The notes under the pieces: model-generated
Seen by the model: the letters and a program-made list of their open reading frames with translations, nothing else
Told to the model about the DNA's origin: nothing
Database searches by the model: none
Part shown: in pieces, positions 7,138 through 14,513 of the stretch
Layout of the letters: each line of letters opens with the position of its first letter
Position numbering within the stretch: the stretch's first letter is position 1
Position numbers and translations under genes: made by a program
Source: a virus
Strand: one strand, 5' to 3'
Virus record (IMG/VR): IMGVR_UViG_3300025834_000005
DNA: 64,000 nt

Positions 7138-10100
7138 TTAAACTGGTACTTCCGTAACACGTCCTATTAGAAATAGAGGTTTACGATAAGGTATCCATTT
7201 TTTCAGATCATTTGACATTTTCGCAGTTGCCCCATTATTATCGTTTACAGCAAGAGTTATATGTCTATTATCATTAATAGACCCGAATCCAGAGACGCCA
7301 ACAGCCATAACATTTTCATCAATGGCATAACTCTCGACCTTTAATCTAAGTGTATATCCTAAATATTTCTCATAAAAACTGTCAATCTCTCCGAAATTAA
7401 TTGTCATATGATCACATATAAGTTCAGTGCCACCAGAGGCATTTGTTCTATATTGATTATAATCATCTGGAATCAAATCAGCGAAAGCGTTGCGTAATTT
7501 ATTGATTGATTTATCATCAAGAACAACGGCTGAATATTTTACAAGCTTTTTCTTACTCATTGGGTTTACGGAACTTAGTTCATTAACAGACTCCTCAACA
7601 AATTTATCGTTGGGTTTTACAAATTTATAAAAATCTGGATAATAATTATATTGAGGATTTCTTTTTTTAAAATTTCTTAAATTAGCTATTAACGAGCCAT
7701 CATTCTCATACTCATCATTCATTATCTCATATTGAGCATCACCTAAGCCAAATCCATTGGTTAGACCGATCCTATGCATCAACGTGTATTTTTTTAAGTT
7801 CTCTGTTGAGTAAATCTCGTTACCGCTTGTAAACAATCCAATATTCTCAGCCATTCTTGAATGCGTAAAATATTTATCCTGTAGAGCAACGTAAATGTTA
7901 CCGCTTGGGTCACCAATTGCTCGAACGTCAGCATCAAAATTAGCCAATGATCGTGGATTCTTATATATCGCAATACGATCACTTTTAGTGTCTAAAACAT
8001 ATGCCATAGGCTTTTCTTCCTGTGTCTGCAAATGTGTTTTATACTCTTTTTCAAATTCATCATCCTGATCAGGAATTCCGAATTTATTTGCAGCATATTT
8101 ATCGCCAACGCCTTCTTGGGTAATCTTGGTATCGTTAATTGGTTTATTATCGCTCTTAATATCTAAAAAATATCTATCATAATACCTAAACTGTGAGTTT
8201 TTTTGAATCAGTTTTTTAAATATCTTCAACATAACTATTCTACGATCACTTTCGTCAGCATTTACATAACTACTGGTTGTATCGCTAAGTCCGAATGTAT
8301 TAGTATTACCAACACGATTAAGAAGTAAAAATCGATCAAGATTATCATAAAAACTATCATCGGTAACAGCAAATTTTAAAGCTACCGCCATTTCGCCATG
8401 AATGAAATTACCATTCTTCTGAGCAACATAAATATTACCATAAACATCAGCAATGGCACGTGTAGATTGATCAAAATTACTTAAAGATTGCGGATTTTTA
8501 TATATCCCCACATTTTCACGTATATTATTTACATTATCATAATTTTTAACATATGCTACAGGTTTTTCAGACATTAGTAGGTTATGAAGCTTATAATCCT
8601 TTTCAAACTCGTCATCAGGGTCTGGGATACCAAATTTCTTTTCAGCGTATTTATCTCCGACGCCCTCTTGTTCAAGAGATTCCTGTAAGTTAAAGTTTTC
8701 GCTTGTAGCGTCAGGAACTTTACTAACCATATTTGTAATAGTAATTATAGCTGGATTATACGCTATAATATGTCTAACGCCACCATATTCCTTATTAATT
8801 AGTTGTCCATCAAAACCCAGCTTTGACATGCCTTGAATAAATAATCTGGGCTGATGTCTAAAAAAATCAACCCATATTTGTTGGTATAAATCCTTCTCGT
8901 TATCAGCGTACTCTGACATCATTGAAATCGCTTTAGCAAGTCCTCTGTTTGGGTTTATATCATAATTCTGAGCATCTTCCTTCCATTGAGGAGACATTTT
9001 AATTAAAGATGACATCATAGAGACCGATACAACCTTCTTATTTGCTGCGTTCGTCATCTTACGAGGTCTTAATACAACAGAATAAATATATTCACCATAC
9101 ATATGAGCCTCTTCTTCGGATTCGGTGAAGTAAATTCCAGGGCCTTCTTGATCGGTTGCATTTTCCTTACCGACAAATTCATCAGTAAACTTATCAAATT
9201 TATGCTTACTACCATGATACATAACATATTCGCCACCTTTTATAGTTTCATTTAAAGGTTCATCAGTACCATCTGGTGTGGGTTTATTATCAGAACTAAT
9301 GTATTTTAAAATATCCTCACGATTATTTTTCAGCTTATCAGTGTATATCTTCAATAAAATTTCCTTAAATTTATTCTTTATTTGTTCACCCCTAAAACCA
9401 AGATTCATAAGATCATTACCGTTTACAGGTAAATCTGCATTTGACTTTGGATACTTACCTGACAATAATTCGTCGCAAGCCATTTTTATAGACTTAGGTA
9501 TTATGTTTGACTTTAAAGACTCTGGATATGTTGCGTACATATTATAAGCAATTGATCTGGCTTTATATATGTTTACAGTATTGCCCTCTGAATCGAATGC
9601 AAACTTCAATGCTTTTATTTCCTTATAGGTGTTTATCTCACCACGCAATTTAGTTTTATAGAATTCATCGGGAGCATCTATAGTGTCGCCAATTAACAGG
9701 TAAATAAATTCGCCCATTGTTTTAGCATTCCTAAATAACTCAGCCTTAGAATTGAAATCAACCATTGGGTTAACTCCGAATAATTGTTTGTATATACCTG
9801 TCTCAACCAAAAGATTTGCACCGATTAAATGATCGCCCTTTTGGACTATTTTATCGAATTCAGTTAATATTCTCTCTGATGGTATTTCTCTTATCTTCGA
9901 AACGCTACCCTGAATAGCTTTCATGGTTTCAGGTTCGATTGTAAAACCAAATCTTGAAGCCATCTGAACAGCACGAAGCATACGCAAAGGGTCTTCGGTA
10001 AAAGCCGAAGGATCGACCATTCGAATAATTTTATTACGAATATCATCAACACCGCCAAAAGGGTCAATAACATTACCCTCAATATCGTTAGCTATCGCAT

Positions 10101-11361
10101 TGATTGTTAGGTCACGTCTACGTAAATCATCCTCAATTGGTAATGCATGATCTGATTTTGTCTCAATGCCCTTATGACCACCAGCACCTGTTGCTGTGTC
10201 GGTTCGTGGTATAGCAACATCAATATCCTCTGTACTACCAGTTGGTTTGAATTTCAGAACTCCAAATGATTTGCCCACAAGGTTTACTTGTCCATATTTA
10301 CCAAGTATCTGTTCAAGAGTGTCCATAGGAACGCCTGTGATCATAATATCAAGGTCTTTAGACTCTTTACCTAAATATTTATCACGCACAGCACCGCCAA
10401 CAGAGTATATCTTTCCGCCGAGCTTATTAATCTCAGCAGTGAAAGGTATTTGATCTAAACTATATATTTCGGCTTCATTCAAACTATTACCACTGGTTAT
10501 ATGCGCTTCCAATTCTTTTTTTAGCTCATCAAAATAAAAATCAATGCTTTCACCATCAAGGTCTGTGAAATTACCGTTAACGTCTCTGGCGATTCCGCCA
10601 TTATCATCCCTTTTAAAATATTTATGAATCCAGCCTTGCTGAGACATCATTCCTAAATGATTAACCTTCTGCTGTATTTCGTCAACATAATCGGATAATA
10701 CCATATTACCATTTCTATAGCCAAATTCACGAATAGCTTTAATATCTTTAGCCATTTCTATTTTAAAAGCAGGTAAATCCCTGTTTTTCACGGCAATCTC
10801 CAAAGGCTCTAACAATTTTAAAACCATTTCACTGAATTCGCTATCGCTTGGGTCTACAGATTCGTCAATCGGATTCTTTTTAAAACGAGACTTAATATAA
10901 TTGTTAATAGATTTATCGGTATAGCCAAGTAATTTACCCACTTCCACAGCCTCTTCTGGTGTTGTATCAGCAGCATAGCCATTATGAGCATTCATGTGAT
11001 CACGAAGCTTTAACGCATTTGCCTTATTAGTATAAATAATAAATGATTTTGTACCGTCCTTTCTAATGATAGGAATCGCATTAATGTTATGCATTGATAA
11101 ATTATTCCTAACATCAGCATCAAGATTATTCATAAGTAATAATCCCACGTCTCGTTTACCGTTTATTAATGTATTTACAGTTCCATCAGCACCGTAAGCC
11201 TCACTTGCATCAATTTCCTCATTAACAATTGAACTAATTTTCAGATTGTTCATATCACCCTGATTACATGCGGCAGATTTACCGTTAAGTTTCCCTAACT
11301 TGCATTTATCTTTAACCTCAACTGTTGAGCTATTTTTCATCCAAGATATAATTCTTTTCAT
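7138..11361 (-). CDS. Multi-domain 'polyvalent' protein: unknown N-terminal region + CCA-adding/poly(A) polymerase nucleotidyltransferase + ART-like domain + duplicated unknown domain + C-terminal 2H phosphoesterase
   Basis: 1407 aa.
- aa ~305-700: GGAVRDKYLGKESKDLDIMI, RRRDLTINAIA and EDPLRMLRAVQMASRF are class II tRNA nucleotidyltransferase / PolyA_pol motifs.
- aa ~710-880: YHGSKHKF...GPGIYFTESEEEAHMYGE, an ART-PolyVal-like H-Y-E pattern.
- aa 898-1081 and 1082-1255: two paralogous copies starting QEGVGDKYA(E/A)(K/N)KFGIPD.DDEFEK.YK.H.
- aa ~1270-1407: two HxT motifs (CDHMTI, NRHITL), consistent with a 2H phosphoesterase. Confidence 0.75.
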   Translation of the reverse strand: MKRIISWMKNSSTVEVKDKCKLGKLNGKSAACNQGDMNNLKISSIVNEEIDASEAYGADGTVNTLINGKRDVGLLLMNNLDADVRNNLSMHNINAIPIIRKDGTKSFIIYTNKANALKLRDHMNAHNGYAADTTPEEAVEVGKLLGYTDKSINNYIKSRFKKNPIDESVDPSDSEFSEMVLKLLEPLEIAVKNRDLPAFKIEMAKDIKAIREFGYRNGNMVLSDYVDEIQQKVNHLGMMSQQGWIHKYFKRDDNGGIARDVNGNFTDLDGESIDFYFDELKKELEAHITSGNSLNEAEIYSLDQIPFTAEINKLGGKIYSVGGAVRDKYLGKESKDLDIMITGVPMDTLEQILGKYGQVNLVGKSFGVLKFKPTGSTEDIDVAIPRTDTATGAGGHKGIETKSDHALPIEDDLRRRDLTINAIANDIEGNVIDPFGGVDDIRNKIIRMVDPSAFTEDPLRMLRAVQMASRFGFTIEPETMKAIQGSVSKIREIPSERILTEFDKIVQKGDHLIGANLLVETGIYKQLFGVNPMVDFNSKAELFRNAKTMGEFIYLLIGDTIDAPDEFYKTKLRGEINTYKEIKALKFAFDSEGNTVNIYKARSIAYNMYATYPESLKSNIIPKSIKMACDELLSGKYPKSNADLPVNGNDLMNLGFRGEQIKNKFKEILLKIYTDKLKNNREDILKYISSDNKPTPDGTDEPLNETIKGGEYVMYHGSKHKFDKFTDEFVGKENATDQEGPGIYFTESEEEAHMYGEYIYSVVLRPRKMTNAANKKVVSVSMMSSLIKMSPQWKEDAQNYDINPNRGLAKAISMMSEYADNEKDLYQQIWVDFFRHQPRLFIQGMSKLGFDGQLINKEYGGVRHIIAYNPAIITITNMVSKVPDATSENFNLQESLEQEGVGDKYAEKKFGIPDPDDEFEKDYKLHNLLMSEKPVAYVKNYDNVNNIRENVGIYKNPQSLSNFDQSTRAIADVYGNIYVAQKNGNFIHGEMAVALKFAVTDDSFYDNLDRFLLLNRVGNTNTFGLSDTTSSYVNADESDRRIVMLKIFKKLIQKNSQFRYYDRYFLDIKSDNKPINDTKITQEGVGDKYAANKFGIPDQDDEFEKEYKTHLQTQEEKPMAYVLDTKSDRIAIYKNPRSLANFDADVRAIGDPSGNIYVALQDKYFTHSRMAENIGLFTSGNEIYSTENLKKYTLMHRIGLTNGFGLGDAQYEIMNDEYENDGSLIANLRNFKKRNPQYNYYPDFYKFVKPNDKFVEESVNELSSVNPMSKKKLVKYSAVVLDDKSINKLRNAFADLIPDDYNQYRTNASGGTELICDHMTINFGEIDSFYEKYLGYTLRLKVESYAIDENVMAVGVSGFGSINDNRHITLAVNDNNGATAKMSNDLKKWIPYRKPLFLIGRVTEVPV
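7597..8670 (-). repeat. Intragenic duplication of a ~180-aa domain of unknown function in the polyvalent protein
   Basis: aa 898-1081 versus 1082-1255. Shared blocks in the same order:
- QEGVGDKYA.(K/N)KFGIPD.DDEFEK.YK.H
- IYKNP.SL.NFD...RAI.D..GNIYVA
- (N/H)R(V/I)G.TN.FGL.D
- (S/P)Q(F/Y).YY. Confidence 0.85.
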
Positions 11362-11379
11362 GTAATTAGATTGTATTTG

Positions 11380-12015
11380 TTATTTTAATTCTGCCGCAGC
11401 TTTTGCCTTTGCCTTCTGATTTGTTTGAATTTCCTGAATAATATCGATTACCATTCTACGAAGAACCTCACGACTATCGACCAAGCCTTGTTTAATTCTC
11501 TCAGCACTATACATTTCAAGTAAAGTCGAGTTTACAGTATTTTCCATTATTGCACCTAAATTAACTGTAAGGTATTCATTTACAAGTTGTTCAATATTAC
11601 CAGAATTAGTCGGGTTATTCTGAATTTTCGACTTAATCTCTGGCGATGCAAACTCGCTAATACTTTCAGCTAAAGTCCTATTTTTCTTGCCAAAGGATTC
11701 AAATAACTGTTCATCCCTATCAGCAGTTGTATTGTTATTTGGTCTCCTGACAGGAGACTGGATATTATCAGGAGTCTCTGTTAATATTTTTTTATATTCA
11801 TTTTTCAATGTGTCAGGGTCTTTTTTCTCAGCCAGTAATTCAATTACCTTTGTGGCGTGAGACGGACGACCAGTTTCACGTGATTTCAAAAGACCATTAA
11901 GGAAAAAATCCTTAGCTGTACCCTTTTCAGTCATACCCATTTCAGTATTTCTGGCTACTTGTCTTTCGTCAATTTCTTTTCGCAAACCGTTTAAATCAAT
12001 GTTGCTTTTTGTCAT
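11380..12015 (-). CDS. Hypothetical protein
   Basis: 211-aa ORF in the co-directional array. Lys/Ala-rich C-terminal tail. No motif recognised. Confidence 0.5.
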   Translation of the reverse strand: MTKSNIDLNGLRKEIDERQVARNTEMGMTEKGTAKDFFLNGLLKSRETGRPSHATKVIELLAEKKDPDTLKNEYKKILTETPDNIQSPVRRPNNNTTADRDEQLFESFGKKNRTLAESISEFASPEIKSKIQNNPTNSGNIEQLVNEYLTVNLGAIMENTVNSTLLEMYSAERIKQGLVDSREVLRRMVIDIIQEIQTNQKAKAKAAAELK

Positions 12016-12048
12016 AAAATATTTAATTTAATTTAAGCTATCATCAAT

Positions 12049-12909
12049 TTATTTAGATTTGAGACTATCGAAATATTTGACAGCTTTGTTATGTATATCG
12101 TTACGAAAGGTTTTATTATTTATTACTTTCGGCACATTTAATTTCAGATAGAGGTCGTTAAGATTACCTATAATGGATTCTTTAGGAACTCTTGTATCAT
12201 TCGCATTTCGCAAAGATACACCTTTTTTATCAGATACTACTATAAAATTCCTCGCTGGCTTATGTTTTACTTTGGTAACCACATTAAAAAAGTCTTTAAT
12301 ATCATTTGGGGTGGCTTCCTTTCGAATCATATCCAATGGCTCTTCAGCACCTTGAACAGGTTTAATAGGCTCGATCTTAGTAATTTCGCTGCCATTATCT
12401 GTTTCAGTATCCTCAATATCATTGCCATTACCTACATTTACAGATGCCATTATTCCGCCTGTCATTTGCTTATCGTCAGCATTATATTTATTAGGAATAT
12501 CCTCTGGAGCAACACTAAAATGTTTACCAGTGGGTAAAGCGGATGTTATATATTCCAGCTTAAACAATCTCCATGCAGGCTTACTGCTTGTCTTATTAGT
12601 CTCCCTGTTTGTATGATTCTGGTATTCATGATCAATTCTACGATTAGGGTCTCCAAAAGAGTCACTTGAACCGCTTTCTTGCCACGCCCTTACAGCGAGA
12701 CTACCATCGGACAATGTACCTAAAACGAAAGGTTTGATAATACGATACCCTTTCATCGCTGTATCAGGCGACGCATAGTAAATGTATAAGTACTTATTAT
12801 TCTCAATAGCTTCGAGAAAAATATTTGCACTCACACCCTCATTCAGCATGCCTCTAAAAGTCTGAATGTTTTCAAAAAGTATATTTAATTCATTTAATAC
12901 CATATACAT
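12049..12909 (-). CDS. Hypothetical protein
   Basis: 286-aa ORF. No catalytic motif recognised. Confidence 0.5.
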   Translation of the reverse strand: MYMVLNELNILFENIQTFRGMLNEGVSANIFLEAIENNKYLYIYYASPDTAMKGYRIIKPFVLGTLSDGSLAVRAWQESGSSDSFGDPNRRIDHEYQNHTNRETNKTSSKPAWRLFKLEYITSALPTGKHFSVAPEDIPNKYNADDKQMTGGIMASVNVGNGNDIEDTETDNGSEITKIEPIKPVQGAEEPLDMIRKEATPNDIKDFFNVVTKVKHKPARNFIVVSDKKGVSLRNANDTRVPKESIIGNLNDLYLKLNVPKVINNKTFRNDIHNKAVKYFDSLKSK

Positions 12910-13151
12910 TACGCATTTGATGAATTATATTCACCAGTGCCAGAACTATATTTATTTTTAGCTAATGCACCCTTTCTTTTATCGATATCGGTTTTACTTC
13001 CGATTGATTTATTAAGTTCACCTTTACCGTGATCGTCGCCGTCAGATAATGCACGTGAATTAGTTTGATCATATTCTTTAGACTTTGAGAATGTGCTAAA
13101 TTTTAAATTTGCTTCTCTAAATTCTTTGCTAATTTCTTCTAATCTGCTCAT
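12909..13151 (-). CDS. Hypothetical small hydrophilic protein
   Basis: 80 aa, low-complexity and Lys/Ser/Gly-rich. Tightly packed with its neighbours. Confidence 0.4.
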   Translation of the reverse strand: MSRLEEISKEFREANLKFSTFSKSKEYDQTNSRALSDGDDHGKGELNKSIGSKTDIDKRKGALAKNKYSSGTGEYNSSNA

Positions 13152-13169
13152 AATTAATATTTTATTTGT

Positions 13170-13871
13170 TTATTTATAATTTGTAAAACATATTGATATA
13201 TACTCAATTAAATTTGGAACAGTCTCCATTTTTTGTATCTCTTGCATTGTATACCATCCATATGCTGTATGTTCGCCATTTAATTTAACATCCGAATCAT
13301 CGCCATTAAAACGATCAGCGAATATATGCTCGACATTTAACACATCGTCATATGTTCTTTCAATTGTTAATCTTTTTATAATATTGTCAAGTTTAATTCC
13401 AGTTTCCTCATAAACCTCACGTTTACATGCATCCTCTGGTGATTCATCATCCTCTATTTTACCGCCAGCCAAACCATATTTACCAGCAGCCCAACAGTTC
13501 TCGCCTCTTTTTAAAAGCAGAAATTTATTATCCTTATTGGCGATAACACCGAGTGCATTCTCCTGTTTGTTTAAGTTTTCAGATTCATTTAAAGCACCTA
13601 TATTAATCTTTCTTGCTGAATTTAGACTATTATCAACATATTTTTGCATGTCAACGCCACCAGCTAATAAATATTGAACATCATTAGCACCCATTCCAGC
13701 CATATCATGTTTGAGCCTTTTTAATGCTTGGTATGTTAATGTCCTATTTTTTAGAATATACTTAGCCCTACGAATCCCATCGCTGTCAGGATATCTTGTA
13801 ATCGCAGCACTGATGATATTTAAAACATCTTTAGGTACTACGAAATTTTTGCCGTATAGTTCACTATTCAT
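13170..13871 (-). CDS. Nudix hydrolase with a ~110-aa N-terminal extension
   Basis: GGKIEDDESPEDACKREVYEETGI is a perfect Nudix box (GX5EX7REUXEEXGU). The N-terminal ~110 aa are of unknown function. Confidence 0.85.
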   Translation of the reverse strand: MNSELYGKNFVVPKDVLNIISAAITRYPDSDGIRRAKYILKNRTLTYQALKRLKHDMAGMGANDVQYLLAGGVDMQKYVDNSLNSARKINIGALNESENLNKQENALGVIANKDNKFLLLKRGENCWAAGKYGLAGGKIEDDESPEDACKREVYEETGIKLDNIIKRLTIERTYDDVLNVEHIFADRFNGDDSDVKLNGEHTAYGWYTMQEIQKMETVPNLIEYISICFTNYK

Positions 13872-14464
13872 TTAGCCTCTATTAAGTTTTTTAGTTTATC
13901 TTTTGATTTGTTATCTAATCTATTAATCAGTCCAGCTAATTTTGAAACGCTTTTGTCTGACATATCATGATCATTAGTCTTTGCTGATAGAAAATTTTCA
14001 GGTTTTTTTTCGATAATAATATCCTCGTCAACAACTGATTCGTCAACACTCTTTGGCTTACTTTCGAATTTTTTTACAATCTCTTTAGCATACACCTCAA
14101 AATATTTTACAACATCCTTGGAGATCGTTTCCTTTTCAGTATAAATTCTATAGTCATTTTTCAGATTATTTGGATTTTTATAGTAGTATTTCATGATTTC
14201 TTCATAGAATTTACGAAGAATATCTAAAGTATCTGTCAAGTCTTTATTCTTCTCGTCAGAACCCTCGCCCTCAAAGAATGGTAGCATGACAGAACCAAAA
14301 TATCCCATCATGCTATCACCAAACGGCTGATGTCCCACAGCCATATTATAATCTGTAATTTTTTTCGATACAGTGCTCATATTAGAACCTGTTTTTGGCG
14401 TGTTATCGTTGCCTATCAGACTCCCATCGCTATCTATAACCTCATTTATAAGACTAACTTTCAT
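13868..14464 (-). CDS. Hypothetical protein (first gene after a GTATTTATAT motif)
   Basis: 198-aa ORF. The motif at 14482-14491 lies 17 nt upstream of the ATG. There is a 4-nt overlap with the Nudix gene. Confidence 0.5.
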   Translation of the reverse strand: MKVSLINEVIDSDGSLIGNDNTPKTGSNMSTVSKKITDYNMAVGHQPFGDSMMGYFGSVMLPFFEGEGSDEKNKDLTDTLDILRKFYEEIMKYYYKNPNNLKNDYRIYTEKETISKDVVKYFEVYAKEIVKKFESKPKSVDESVVDEDIIIEKKPENFLSAKTNDHDMSDKSVSKLAGLINRLDNKSKDKLKNLIEAK

Positions 14465-14481
14465 GATTATTAAGTAATTTA

Positions 14482-14491
14482 ATATAAATAC
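14482..14491 (-). promoter_or_regulatory. Phage-specific (late-type) promoter motif GTATTTATAT
   Basis: Exact 10-mer, 17 nt upstream of the ATG at 14464. It heads the accessory operon that contains the Nudix and polyvalent genes. Confidence 0.55.
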
Positions 14492-14513
14492 TTAATTCTT
14501 AATAATAATTCAT

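Noticed and set aside
8722-9234. Reading the YHGS...GIYFT domain of the polyvalent protein as a Tpt1/KptA RNA 2'-phosphotransferase, which would complete a fungal-type tRNA ligation pathway together with the 2H domain
   Set aside because: The conserved Tpt1 Arg-His-Arg-Arg tetrad context (LRH..., VHLS...) is not visible. The pattern fits the generic ART-PolyVal-like H-Y-E type better. No RNA ligase or kinase motif (KxDG, P-loop kinase) was found nearby either.
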